Shown here: positions 38,790-49,134 of the stretch, one piece after another
How the letters are laid out: every line of letters begins with the position of its first letter
Position numbering within the stretch: the stretch's first letter is position 1
Assembly (NCBI RefSeq): GCF_014636315.1
Contig: NZ_BMED01000001.1
Span: forward strand, 685,941 to 749,940
DNA: 64,000 nt
Origin: Undibacterium terreum
GTDB taxonomy: Bacteria > Pseudomonadota > Gammaproteobacteria > Burkholderiales > Burkholderiaceae_D
Reading direction: 5' to 3'
The notes under the pieces: generated by a model
What the model was told of the DNA's origin: nothing
Databases searched by the model: none
What the model saw: the letters and a program-made list of their open reading frames with translations, nothing else
Made by a program: the position numbers and the translations under genes

Positions 38790-39403
38790 CGGTGTTTAAA
38801 GCGGACGCGCAACCGGCTCGCAAAAAAACAGCAAGCGGTTCACGCATCAATCTGGATGTGGGGAGCATAAAAGGAGCAAACCAGTTCAGCCCGAAGCATA
38901 TATCCGGAAGGTAAAACAAGGCTAGCGGTAAGCAAGCTATAAGCAAGGACGCGCCACAAATACGTGGCGGAGCATCCATAGCGCATGCAAATGCGCTGGA
39001 ACTAGCCTCAGACTATGTATCGCAATGTATCTGACACATCTCCCATCTTTACGGTTTTTGTTTTGAGATCCTCTTTTTCAAAATTATTAAAAAGTGTTAA
39101 TTTTCATCACTTTTTACGTACTTTTTTGGGGAAAACGCGTCCAAAACAGGGCAAAAGTGTTGTTTTAATTTGCAAGCCCATGCCAATTATTGACAGTCGC
39201 ATCGCTTGAATGGTCATATGCTTGTCATGAAATTGTTACAGTTGAATACAAAAATAATGAATTCTGTTACTCAACATTACATTTCATAGGGAAAGCCACA
39301 AGCGTCGCTAAATGCCTCAAACGACAAGAGCCAGGGATATCCACACCGAGGCCCACGTTTTTGACATTTAGACTTTTTCACATTTTTCAATACAGGAATT
39401 GGC

Positions 39404-42205
39404 ATGTTCAAAAAGACAATTTTGTCTCGATCACTACACCTGATGTTCACAGGCGGCGTGGCAGTTGGCATTGGTTTTGCGACACAAGCAGCGTTGGCAC
39501 AATCCGCCGACGGCGTTCAGCGCGTTGAGATTACCGGTTCCAACATCAAGCGGGCACAATCGGAAACGGCGTCGCCGGTACAAGTGATTACCCGCGCAGA
39601 CCTGGATAAATCGGGCAAATCAACCGTTGCAGAGTATCTGCAAACCCTGACAGCAGACGGTGCGGGCTCCCTGCCAACCGGCTTCGGCAATGGTTTTGCA
39701 GCAGGCTCCACCGCGATCTCCTTGCGCGGCCTGGGTGCGACATCGACACTGGTACTGCTTAATGGACGCCGCATGGCCTCCTTCGGCCGCGCGGACGATG
39801 GACAAAAAACCTTCACCGACATCAGTACCATCCCTATGGAACTGGTGGAACGTATTGAAATCTTGAAAGACGGCGCCTCTTCCGTGTATGGAGCGGATGC
39901 GATCGCCGGTGTGGTCAACATCATCCTGACCAAGGATTTCGTTGGTACCGTCATCAAAGGCAACGTGGGCACTTCCCGCTATAGCGACGACAATCAGAAA
40001 AAAGTTTCGCTGACCTACGGTTTCGGCAAGCTGGATCAAGACCGCTACAACGTGATCCTGAATGCTGAGTACTCGAAGAGCGACGAATTGCTGAACAAGG
40101 ACCGCGCCGACCGCGCCTATATCGGTCACGGCGACTTGCGTCCATGGGGCTATCCGCTGGCGACGCAGTTTGCCTCCGGCTACATCACCGGCAATAATGC
40201 CGCTGCCGCCAGCCCGGCCGGCGCAATCCGCAATCCGACCACTCTGGACTACGTCACACTGCCAGGCTGCTCCACCTTGTCCACCGCGTCACCGCAAGAT
40301 CCAAAAGGCGGCTGCCTGTGGTATCAGGATCAGTTCCGTTCCATGCAGCCAAAGATCGAATCGACCAACCTGTTCGGCCGCGGCACTTTCCAGATCAATT
40401 CCGATTGGCAAGCCTATGCAGAGGCAGGCTACTCCAAGCGTGATACTTCGTTCCATCTGACGCCACCGTCAATCACGCCTACCGTTGCCTTTCCACCAAA
40501 TGCGACCAACCCTACCGGCGTGATCAACTACGGCTCCGGCGCAGGCACAACGATCGTACTGGCTGCGACACATCCGCAAAATCCTTATGGCGTGCCTGTT
40601 CGCGTGCGCTATGCCGCATTTGACATCGGCGCGCAGGAACGCCAGGCAAACAACGAGTTCAATCGCTTTGTTGTCGGCGTCAAGGGTAGCGCAATGGGCT
40701 GGGACATCGATACAGGCTATTTGCACTCCGAAACAAAACTGCATTTGGACTACAGCGCCGCATTGAACATGGCAGTCGTGAAAGCAGCGTTGGGCGATCC
40801 TACCAGCCCTTACTTCCCTTACTACATCGGCGCCCAGGCAAACAAAAACCCGGCTTCCCTGTATGCTGCAATGACACGCCATATCACTTCCGACTCCACA
40901 ACCAAGATGGACAGTGTGGACGTCAAGGCATCGCGTGAATTCTTCGCGCTGCCAGGCGGTAACCTGGGTGTGGCGATCGGCGGCGAATACCGCAAAGAGT
41001 CTCTCGACAATCCATCGTTGAGCGGCACTGCCGACGGCTCCGTCAACTCCAGCTATGTGGCAGCCAAGGGCGACACCAAGGTATATGCGTTCTACACTGA
41101 AGTTGCAGCCCCTGTGCTGAAAACCGTTGAATTGTCCGGCGCTATCCGTTACGACAAATACGACAATTTCAATTCCACTACACCGAAGCTGGGCATCAAG
41201 TGGACACCGGTCAGGGAATTTGCAGTACGCGGCACCTACTCGGAAGGCTTCCGCGCTCCAGGACCTGCAGAATCCGGCGCAGCCAGCCAAAGTACAGGTA
41301 CGGCAACCGTTCGTGATCCTGTGCGCTGCCCTAACGGCACACCATTGCCGGGCGCATCCACCAATGACTGCTCGGCCTCCGTCGCTGCTGTCAAAGTGGG
41401 TGATCCTAGCCTGCAACCGGAAAAATCCAAAGGCTACACTCTGGGCATGATCTGGGATCCATTGGACGGCACCAGCCTGGCAATCGATGCATGGAAGATC
41501 AAGCGTAGCAATGAGATCAATCCCCTGCCATACAACGAAGCGGCAGCCTTACCGACAGCGATCCGCTCAGATAACAATCTGACGATCAATGGCGTGGTCG
41601 TACCTAACACAGGTACTTTGCTGATCTCCAAAGCGCCTTACCGTAACTCCAGCTTCACGGAAATCAAAGGTGTCGATTTCGACGTGAAGCAGCGCCTCAG
41701 CCTGGGTGAATACGGCAAGCTGACAGCAGCATTGACCTGGACACATATCATCTCCTGGCTGCGCGCAGAAAATGCAACAACCCGGTATGAATTTGCCGGT
41801 ACGCACGGTAACTGCGATACGTCCAACTGCGCTGGTACGCCAAAAGACAAGGCTAACCTGACAGTCTCCTGGGACAAGGCAGTATGGAACGTTACTGGTA
41901 CTGTCAACTATCGCGGCGACATGAAGAACGTGCTGTTCAAAGGCGATCTGTGCGCTTCGGCATTGGCTAACGGCGGCCCTGCACCAAATGCTGATTGCCG
42001 TCTGGCTTCGTTCACCACGCTGGATCTGTCCTTCCGCTGGCAAGCAATGAAGAACCTGCAAGTCTTCGGTTCTGTTGCCAACGTATTCGACAAGATAGCA
42101 CCGCTGGACCCGCTGACTTACGGCGGCGAAAGCTACAACCCTATGGATGCTAGCGGTGCAATCGGCCGTTACTTCAAAATCGGTGCCCGCTATCAGTTCA
42201 ACTAA
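39404..42205 (+). CDS. TonB-dependent outer-membrane receptor
   Basis: Signal peptide. Plug-domain motifs (VEITGS..., LRGLG...LVLLNGRR). Large beta-barrel. Terminal aromatic (…GARYQFN) as C-terminal TonB-box/beta-signal. Confidence 0.9.
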   Translation: MFKKTILSRSLHLMFTGGVAVGIGFATQAALAQSADGVQRVEITGSNIKRAQSETASPVQVITRADLDKSGKSTVAEYLQTLTADGAGSLPTGFGNGFAAGSTAISLRGLGATSTLVLLNGRRMASFGRADDGQKTFTDISTIPMELVERIEILKDGASSVYGADAIAGVVNIILTKDFVGTVIKGNVGTSRYSDDNQKKVSLTYGFGKLDQDRYNVILNAEYSKSDELLNKDRADRAYIGHGDLRPWGYPLATQFASGYITGNNAAAASPAGAIRNPTTLDYVTLPGCSTLSTASPQDPKGGCLWYQDQFRSMQPKIESTNLFGRGTFQINSDWQAYAEAGYSKRDTSFHLTPPSITPTVAFPPNATNPTGVINYGSGAGTTIVLAATHPQNPYGVPVRVRYAAFDIGAQERQANNEFNRFVVGVKGSAMGWDIDTGYLHSETKLHLDYSAALNMAVVKAALGDPTSPYFPYYIGAQANKNPASLYAAMTRHITSDSTTKMDSVDVKASREFFALPGGNLGVAIGGEYRKESLDNPSLSGTADGSVNSSYVAAKGDTKVYAFYTEVAAPVLKTVELSGAIRYDKYDNFNSTTPKLGIKWTPVREFAVRGTYSEGFRAPGPAESGAASQSTGTATVRDPVRCPNGTPLPGASTNDCSASVAAVKVGDPSLQPEKSKGYTLGMIWDPLDGTSLAIDAWKIKRSNEINPLPYNEAAALPTAIRSDNNLTINGVVVPNTGTLLISKAPYRNSSFTEIKGVDFDVKQRLSLGEYGKLTAALTWTHIISWLRAENATTRYEFAGTHGNCDTSNCAGTPKDKANLTVSWDKAVWNVTGTVNYRGDMKNVLFKGDLCASALANGGPAPNADCRLASFTTLDLSFRWQAMKNLQVFGSVANVFDKIAPLDPLTYGGESYNPMDASGAIGRYFKIGARYQFN

Positions 42206-42278
42206 GGGCTTAGGCGCTTAAACAGAGCGCAAATAGCATTAATGAGTTAACGAAAAGTTAACCGAGAAGCAGTACTTG

Positions 42279-42308
42279 GGGGCGATGAGCAATCATCGCC
42301 CTTTTTTC
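42279..42308 (+). terminator. Rho-independent terminator (GGGCGATGA-gcaa-TCATCGCCC + T6)
   Basis: Read directly downstream of the TonB-dependent receptor gene. Confidence 0.75.
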
Positions 42309-42435
42309 ATGGCCTTAAAACCAAGGATATGAACTCAAAAGCATCCCCATGCCCGCGATAAAAGCTGGCGATAGCGCCCCGCTTCAATTATCCTTCGCTT
42401 GCGCCTTGCGGTAAGGCGGACAACAAGGAATAAGC

Positions 42436-42639
42436 ATGGCAAAGAAGAAAGAAGAGCTGGACGAAGAAACCCTGGAACTGATCAAATGGTGTATCGAGGT
42501 AGAAGGCTACCTGGTTGCGGGCGGCGCCACAGTAGAACAGGCACAAGAGCATATTGAAGAACAGGTTGAGTGGTTTACCGACCAGTTTTACGAAGGATTG
42601 ACCCCGGAAGAAGCTGCCAAGGAAGCACTCAGCGACTGA
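42436..42639 (+). CDS. Small acidic hypothetical protein (67 aa)
   Basis: RBS AAGGAA. Clean ORF followed by a hairpin (CCAGGC...GCCTGG). No motif recognised. Confidence 0.4.
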   Translation: MAKKKEELDEETLELIKWCIEVEGYLVAGGATVEQAQEHIEEQVEWFTDQFYEGLTPEEAAKEALSD

Positions 42640-42843
42640 CGGCGGGAAGCCAGGCTAGCGTGACGGCCTGGTAATGCTTTTGCAATCTGGCAATACATCA
42701 ATATATTCAGCCTGAGACAGACGGGTATATGCATCAGACTTGTCCTACAAACCGCTACGCCGTATTCCTGTTCTGCAATCAATGAACTACCGGTAAGATA
42801 TCCAGAGGCGGTCTGTAAGCCGCCCGGTACTCATGGAGGTTGC

Positions 42844-43212
42844 ATGCAAGATCCACCAAAAGTCTTTTGGCCGGACAAGAGTCAGTTTGCAGGAGATTTC
42901 AAGGACCGGCGCAGCGGGCATAAGAACAGGCACCCGCCGCTGGTCGCGGACGAACGCAAAGAGCGAAGGTTTGATAATTCCATCCACTCAGAGGCGAAAA
43001 ATCATATTCGCCTGGGAAAACCCAAGGCCAGTTTTTCAGCGGAAGAATTGGAAAGGCAATGCGAAGCGCTCGCAGCCCAGTCTGTCGCGGCACCCGAGAT
43101 TCTGGCGCAGCATGCCAAGCACAACGGGGTTTCCAGCATGACTCCCATCAGCCTGAGCAAGGAAGTGATAGACAGCGTGACAGAAGAAATCGGCAGCCCG
43201 CCCTGGGATTAG
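42844..43212 (+). CDS. Hypothetical protein (122 aa)
   Basis: GGAGG RBS 5 nt before ATG. Basic N-terminus and an acidic C-terminal half. Confidence 0.4.
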   Translation: MQDPPKVFWPDKSQFAGDFKDRRSGHKNRHPPLVADERKERRFDNSIHSEAKNHIRLGKPKASFSAEELERQCEALAAQSVAAPEILAQHAKHNGVSSMTPISLSKEVIDSVTEEIGSPPWD

Positions 43213-43227
43213 CCTGCAGCACTTAGT

Positions 43228-44733
43228 TCAACGTACCGCCCACAGCCCCAAAGTCCCCAACGCAGCCGCCAATTGTATCCGCGCATTTTGCCAACCGGCC
43301 AATGCGAGGGTGCGCTGCTGATGCGCATTCGCCAGCGCGGTCTGGGTGTTGATCAATTCAACAATATCCGCCACTCCCACCTTATAGCGCCCTACCGCCG
43401 CTTCAAATGCCGATTGCGCACTGTCCAGGATTTCCTGCGTGGTCTGCAAGTTGTCGGTATTGACCTTCAACTCCTGGTAATGGGTCCATACATTGGCCGC
43501 CACCTGCTGCTCGGTATCGGCCAGGCTGGCCTGCTTGGATTCCACCTGGGCTTGTGCCGCCCTGACTTTATACGTGCGTGAAAAGCCCTCAAAGACAGGA
43601 ATATTCAGTTGCAGCCCTATATACCTGTCGCGGTTGACGGAGCCGACATAGATCTGGCCGAAGCCTGAGCTGGTGGGCTGGGTATTGTAATTTTCGCGTA
43701 CGATCAGGCTCAGCGAAGGCCGTCCTTCTGCACTGACCGCTTTCACATTGGACTGGGTCGCCTCCAGATCGGCGCGCGCCGCCAGCAGCGACGGATGGCC
43801 TTGCTGCGCAATCTCCAGCAGCTTATCCACCGATTGCACAAAATCGGTATTGCGCAAGCCGCCGGCATCATGCTCGGCCAGTTCGTAGACCGCATTCGGA
43901 CGGCGACCCATATCTATCGCCAGTATGCCCAAAGCAGACTGCCTCGCTCCTTCGGCTTTATTGCGGTTGTAGACCGCCTGCGAGTAGGAAGTTTGCGCCT
44001 GCAACTGGTCGCTGATGGGGACGACGCCGACACCGACCCGGAATTTGGCCGCATCCAGCACGCGCTTGGCGTCCGCCTCAATCTCGCGCGTGGATAGTGC
44101 ATTCTTTTGCGCGACCAGCGCATTGTAATAATCATTGACGGTGTTGGAAAATACCGTCTGCAAGGCCGTATTCTGGCTGGCCAGCGCCGAGGCCAGCGTC
44201 TTCTTCGCAGCTTCCAGAGCGGCACTGCGCAGGCCGAAGTCATACAGCATCCAGTTCAATGTCAGCGTATCGTTCTGGTATTCACTATTGGAATCAACAT
44301 TAAACGGTGTCGAGCCTGAACCGCGGCTGCTGGATGTATCCTTGACCGCAATCGCGCTTGCAGTCAACGTCGGCAGGTAGGCCGATTTGGCTACGCCGAC
44401 CTGCGCCGCCTGCAGTCGCACCGTCGCCCATGCTGCCTTGGTCCTGGGGTTATTGCACAGTGAGCTGACTACAACATCCATCAGGGACAGTGCCGTTTTT
44501 TGCTCGCTGCTGCAAGCCGCTGTGGAGGGATCCAGCATCGAGGAAGTCGCACCGGCGGTAGCACCTTCGGTGTTGAAAATGTCCCATTGCTCCAGATCCA
44601 GGCCAAAGCATGCCGGCGCCCCTGTCAGCAGGCCGGCCAGCATCAATGCTTGTGCATGACGCAAGCCTGTCTGGCGTTTGCGGGTGCCGGCGGCGGTATT
44701 CATAGCTGAGCGTAGGGAAATTATTTTTTTCAT
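43228..44733 (-). CDS. TolC-family outer-membrane efflux channel (type I secretion / RND-MFS partner)
   Basis: Signal peptide. Two tandem OEP repeats with characteristic Leu/Ala/Gln-rich coiled-coil hairpins (…QAQVGVAKSAYLPTL…). Confidence 0.85.
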   Translation of the reverse strand: MKKIISLRSAMNTAAGTRKRQTGLRHAQALMLAGLLTGAPACFGLDLEQWDIFNTEGATAGATSSMLDPSTAACSSEQKTALSLMDVVVSSLCNNPRTKAAWATVRLQAAQVGVAKSAYLPTLTASAIAVKDTSSSRGSGSTPFNVDSNSEYQNDTLTLNWMLYDFGLRSAALEAAKKTLASALASQNTALQTVFSNTVNDYYNALVAQKNALSTREIEADAKRVLDAAKFRVGVGVVPISDQLQAQTSYSQAVYNRNKAEGARQSALGILAIDMGRRPNAVYELAEHDAGGLRNTDFVQSVDKLLEIAQQGHPSLLAARADLEATQSNVKAVSAEGRPSLSLIVRENYNTQPTSSGFGQIYVGSVNRDRYIGLQLNIPVFEGFSRTYKVRAAQAQVESKQASLADTEQQVAANVWTHYQELKVNTDNLQTTQEILDSAQSAFEAAVGRYKVGVADIVELINTQTALANAHQQRTLALAGWQNARIQLAAALGTLGLWAVR

Positions 44734-44951
44734 AAAATCTGCGTGGCATTTATATCAACAGCATGCGAGACGCCCGTCATTGTTCAAGCCTGTATCAGTT
44801 ATCAAACCAAGCAAGCCAAACCGAGGGAGCAGCGCGACCTGAAGTATAACAGGCGAGCAACAATTCCAAAGCGGGGAATAAGGCCGGATTCCAGCGGATA
44901 GGCGCTACAATACGCCCTTTTAAAGCATGAACAGACCGAGAAGGCATTTCC

Positions 44952-45536
44952 ATGAGCTCTACTCCTCCAGACTACATGCTGCCGGTGGGCATGATGGGCA
45001 ACGTGGACCCTGGCAGCCCCGCTGCACAGGCGCTGGAAACCATCGCCATCCGCAAACATGGCGCAACGGGCTGGGAGCCCTTTCACTATGAAAAGATCTC
45101 TGCCACCGAATATGAAGTGACCGGAGGCATAGCGCTGGTCCTGACTGGCGGCTTGCGAAAATGGCCAGAACCGCATACCGGCGTTGTCGTCACGGCACAG
45201 GAGATCGCCGCCGAGCTGAGCCTGCGCCAGATTCCTGCTGAACCTGAAGCGCTTCCCGCTGAAGAATTCTCAGCCAATCCTGCGCCGACGGCGCAAGTGC
45301 AAGGAATTAGCACTCCTGCAGCATCCAGGTATCTGACGGTGGTGCTGCAACTACCGGAAGACAAGGAAGGCCGCCTGCGCCTGATCGACACTTTCAGTGT
45401 TGACAACAACTTCTTCGGCGCAGCCGTTGTGGCAACTTCAATGGACAATGAAATCGCGGTCAATCAATCGCTGGCTACGCACTGTTCGCCCGAAGATATC
45501 AACGCTGCCAGGCAAAACGCGCACTCATTGGCCTGA
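44952..45536 (+). CDS. Hypothetical protein (194 aa)
   Basis: Clean ORF. No motif recognised. Confidence 0.4.
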   Translation: MSSTPPDYMLPVGMMGNVDPGSPAAQALETIAIRKHGATGWEPFHYEKISATEYEVTGGIALVLTGGLRKWPEPHTGVVVTAQEIAAELSLRQIPAEPEALPAEEFSANPAPTAQVQGISTPAASRYLTVVLQLPEDKEGRLRLIDTFSVDNNFFGAAVVATSMDNEIAVNQSLATHCSPEDINAARQNAHSLA

Positions 45537-45699
45537 CTCTGCGTCTTGACCAACCCGAACAGCACGCTCCGCTTTGCGCTGCCTGTAAGGATACTCCCCT
45601 AGCCTCGACTAAATAGCAGAACCTCAGCGATGCATTTGCCCATCGGCGGCAAGCATCTCCTGTTAGGTGTACGCTAGTCAATCAACCGGGAGTTCCACC

Positions 45700-46467
45700 A
45701 TGATGAAAAGCAAAGTGCCAGCAAATGAGCATCCCCTGGGCAAAGCCAGCATAGGCATGCTCGCAGTTACGCTGGCTGCGGCCGCGATCGTCTATACCAT
45801 GGGCACGGCCAAGGCTGAGGAAGCGCTTATTATTCCGCCGCCCTCCCCTGCCGTCACCGCGGGTCTGGCTGCAGGCACGGCAATCCAGGAGACTGCGGTA
45901 TTTGCCGGCGGCTGTTTCTGGGGCATACAAGGCGTATTCCAGCATACCAAGGGAGTCGCCAATGCGGTATCAGGCTATGCCGGCGGCTCCAAGGAAAATG
46001 CGGATTATGACCGGGTCAGTTCCGGCACGACCGGCCATGCAGAATCGGTACAAGTCACCTATGATCCCCAGCAAATTTCCTACGGCAAGCTATTGCAGAT
46101 CTATTTTTCTGTCGCCCATGATCCCACGCAATTGAATCGGCAATATCCCGACTCCGGCACCCAGTACCGCTCCGCGATTTTTTACAAGAATGCGAACCAG
46201 AAGCAGATTGCTGAACGCTATATCGCCCAATTGGAGGGCACGCATTTGTACAAGGCAAAAATTGTCACGCAACTGAGCCCGCTCAGCGCATTTTATGCAG
46301 CGGAAAAATACCACCAGGACTATGCGACCCTGCATCCGGAATCAGGCTACATTGCCCGCTTCGACCTGCCCAAGATTGCCAACCTGAAGAAGCTGTATCC
46401 AGATGTGTATCGCGAAACTCCGGTGCTGGTAGCAGCGCAGGCGGGCAACATGGCAAAGGCAAGGTAA
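45700..46467 (+). CDS. msrA: Peptide-methionine (S)-S-oxide reductase MsrA with N-terminal signal/anchor (envelope form)
   Basis: GGGAG RBS. Hydrophobic leader MMKSKVPANEHPLGKASIGMLAVTLAAAAIV. Catalytic GCFWG motif (FAGGCFWGIQGVF). Confidence 0.85.
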   Translation: MMKSKVPANEHPLGKASIGMLAVTLAAAAIVYTMGTAKAEEALIIPPPSPAVTAGLAAGTAIQETAVFAGGCFWGIQGVFQHTKGVANAVSGYAGGSKENADYDRVSSGTTGHAESVQVTYDPQQISYGKLLQIYFSVAHDPTQLNRQYPDSGTQYRSAIFYKNANQKQIAERYIAQLEGTHLYKAKIVTQLSPLSAFYAAEKYHQDYATLHPESGYIARFDLPKIANLKKLYPDVYRETPVLVAAQAGNMAKAR

Positions 46468-46509
46468 GGCACCGGCCTAAAATAAATGGACAAGCATAAG
46501 GAATAAACA

Positions 46510-47187
46510 ATGCTAGGAAAAATGCTTTCAGGGATAGGTGCCTTCAAGCAGCGCATGCCGCAGGCCAAAGACACGCTGCCGGGGCGAGACACTCCGCTAG
46601 TGATTCGCAACAGGCATTCCGTGCATGGACGGCCGCTGCAGGGCAACTTCCCCGGGCTGTCGCACATACAGTTCGGCATGGGTTGCTTCTGGGGCGTGGA
46701 AAAGCTGTTCTGGAATACTCCCGGCGTGATGACCACTGCGGCAGGCTACAGCGGCGGCGTGACCCCTAACCCGACCTACCGCGAAGTCTGTTCCGGCCAG
46801 ACCGGGCACGCTGAGACGGTGCTGGTCGTGTTTGACCCGGCGGTATGCTCGCTGGAAAGCCTGCTGCAGACCTTCTGGGAAAACCACGATCCCACTCAGG
46901 GCATGCGCCAGGGGAATGATATGGGCACCCAGTACCGCTCCGCGATCTACGCCGCCGATGCACAGCAATTGACGGCAGCAGAAGCCAGCCGCACCCTGTT
47001 TCAAAAGCAGCTCAGCCAACAGGGCTTCGGCAGGATCACTACGGAAATCCGCCCAGAACCCAATTTCTACTACGCCGAAGACGAGCATCAGCAATACCTG
47101 GCCAAGCATCCCAACGGCTATTGCGGGCTGGCCGGAACCGGCGTTAGCTGCCCTATCGGCGTCGTGGGAATGCCAGCCGCCAGCTAA
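46510..47187 (+). CDS. msrA: Peptide-methionine (S)-S-oxide reductase MsrA (cytoplasmic, E. coli-like N-extension)
   Basis: [13 protein letters not shown] active site. N-terminal extension homologous to E. coli MsrA (…[18 protein letters not shown]…). Confidence 0.9.
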   Translation: MLGKMLSGIGAFKQRMPQAKDTLPGRDTPLVIRNRHSVHGRPLQGNFPGLSHIQFGMGCFWGVEKLFWNTPGVMTTAAGYSGGVTPNPTYREVCSGQTGHAETVLVVFDPAVCSLESLLQTFWENHDPTQGMRQGNDMGTQYRSAIYAADAQQLTAAEASRTLFQKQLSQQGFGRITTEIRPEPNFYYAEDEHQQYLAKHPNGYCGLAGTGVSCPIGVVGMPAAS

Positions 47188-47201
47188 GACCCCTGGAACT
47201 G

Positions 47202-48095
47202 CTACGGCCTGGATTGGCTGTCAAATTTCCTGACCAAGATATCAGGCTCATCTACATAGAGCATCAGATAGGGAGTTGGTTTGCAACGCAGTTTGAAATA
47301 CTCCATATCCGGCATGTTCTCAGTATCCAGCATCAACACAAGATTAGCGGCGTCTATCGGGGTAGCAGTCATGATGTCAGCAGACGAGCGTCTATTGCGC
47401 AGGCACCATACTCGCTGGGGCACGTCGATTTTCTCTGCATGCAAAATGCAGGCGTTCGGGATATCGGCAAGAAATCGGCTTCCTATGCGCAGATGTAAAT
47501 GATCTTCAGTCAGCGTATGGCAACTGGCACTGACCAGGTAACGATCAGCAATAACCCATATCATAGAAAAACAGCTGACCGCCAGGACAATGATATGGAT
47601 GAGAGTCCTTTTTGCGGGGTCTGGCTGCAACAGGCCTGCCAGCCAGGCGGACACCGGAATATCGCTTGCACACGCCAATAATGCAAATATCAACACCAGC
47701 CGATAGTTCCCGTTCCGGTAATACAGCGGCAGGCCCGGCATTGGGGTGAGTTCGCGGTTTGCGGGTCGCCGGCGAAACAGCCAATGAAAGAAAGCGCTCC
47801 ACATGGTGCGTTCAAATTTAATCGCCGCAGGTATTAGCGCAGGCAGGAATACAACAAAGCATGCAAATCGTCCACCACCCTGATATCTGATCGCTTGAAA
47901 ATTCTTCCAGGTCTGCGACCATTCACCCACATACTTGGCAAGCAAAACCGTAGTAATGAAAATGGCGGCCAGCGGCAAAGACGACCATGCCGACAACCAA
48001 TGACGCAGCATCAATATCAATATAATTGCCGTGCCCGTTTGCAGCCATGTGAACCGGCTCAATTGATGGATGAATTTATCCAGATATCCTTGCAC
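47202..48095 (-). CDS. Hypothetical polytopic membrane protein (GTG start)
   Basis: Multiple hydrophobic segments. No recognisable motif. Lies between msrA and msrB. Confidence 0.45.
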   Translation of the reverse strand: MQGYLDKFIHQLSRFTWLQTGTAIILILMLRHWLSAWSSLPLAAIFITTVLLAKYVGEWSQTWKNFQAIRYQGGGRFACFVVFLPALIPAAIKFERTMWSAFFHWLFRRRPANRELTPMPGLPLYYRNGNYRLVLIFALLACASDIPVSAWLAGLLQPDPAKRTLIHIIVLAVSCFSMIWVIADRYLVSASCHTLTEDHLHLRIGSRFLADIPNACILHAEKIDVPQRVWCLRNRRSSADIMTATPIDAANLVLMLDTENMPDMEYFKLRCKPTPYLMLYVDEPDILVRKFDSQSRP

Positions 48096-48172
48096 AGCAT
48101 CTCCGGTGAAATGAAAAATCGTCCAATGTCATGATGTTTTCATTTTAAGCTTTTCCGGTCGCGCTGTTTCAT

Positions 48173-48742
48173 TTATGTCATCTTTCCCTTGCTATCGTAC
48201 ACAGGCAACGTGATCTTGCTTTGTCTCGGCATGTCGGCGCCTGCTGCGAAATTCATCGCAATGCCGTTCATGCAGTAGCGCAGCCCGGTAGGCTTGGGGC
48301 CGTCTTCAAAAACGTGGCCTAGGTGTCCACCGCAGCGGCGGCACAATACTTCATCCCTGACCATGCCCAGCGTAATATCGCGCTTCTTTAGTACCGCGTT
48401 TTCCAGTGGCGCCCAGAAACTGGGCCAGCCGGTGCCGCTATCGAATTTTGTGCGCGATGAAAACAAGGGCAAGGCGCAACCGGCACAGGAAAATATGCCT
48501 GCCCTCTTTTCATGGTCCAGCGGACTGGAAAAAGGATACTCAGTCCCTGCCTTGCGTAATACCGAGTACTGTGTTGGCGTCAACAGCTTGCGCCACTCCG
48601 CGTCGCTGTGCGTCACCTCATAAACAGCATCCGTGCTTTGCGCTGCGTTTGCCGATGCGCCAAACAACAAGCCGCGCAATGCCGCAACCCCGCCGGCCAC
48701 TGCCGCCAAACTCAAGAACGTCCTGCGCTGCCTGCTCATCAT
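48173..48742 (-). CDS. msrB: Peptide-methionine (R)-S-oxide reductase MsrB, Tat-exported
   Basis: GGAGG RBS before ATGATG 48742. Twin-arginine signal MMSRQRRTFLSLAAVAGGVAALRG. CxxC…CxxC zinc site and catalytic RCGGHLGHVF. Confidence 0.85.
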   Translation of the reverse strand: MMSRQRRTFLSLAAVAGGVAALRGLLFGASANAAQSTDAVYEVTHSDAEWRKLLTPTQYSVLRKAGTEYPFSSPLDHEKRAGIFSCAGCALPLFSSRTKFDSGTGWPSFWAPLENAVLKKRDITLGMVRDEVLCRRCGGHLGHVFEDGPKPTGLRYCMNGIAMNFAAGADMPRQSKITLPVYDSKGKMT

Positions 48743-49134
48743 GCCTGCCTCCGGATTGTCATACAGTTCAACTCGCTCAAATTCAAATCCCATGCTGCTT
48801 GGTCGTCCGTTGCCGGAATTTCTTACATCCGCGCCATATCTTTTACAGATTTCTTTGCGATTACATAGTCAATATTTAACAGAATAGGGAAAGCCCTGCT
48901 TCAAACCATTGTGAAAACAATCAACTCTATTGATAAGACACTATTTTTCGCGTCTGAAAGTGTCGGCATGTTTTACACCTATTGCATCAATACAATATAA
49001 AACATTATAAGCATATGATTTATATGGATATTTTCATGTGGCACTCTTATTGCTGTAAGGTTGACAGAGGGTAATGTCATTGCGGTGAAATCGCAGTGAG
49101 GCCACCCTCACGTCAAAATTCGGTGGAGACAAAA

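Noticed and set aside
39250-39403. Possible Fur box (AAATAATGAATTCTGTTAC) upstream of the TonB-dependent receptor
   Set aside because: Only about 10/19 match to GATAATGATAATCATTATC and it does not fit the hexamer (GATAAT)x3 model. Left as unassigned AT-rich DNA.
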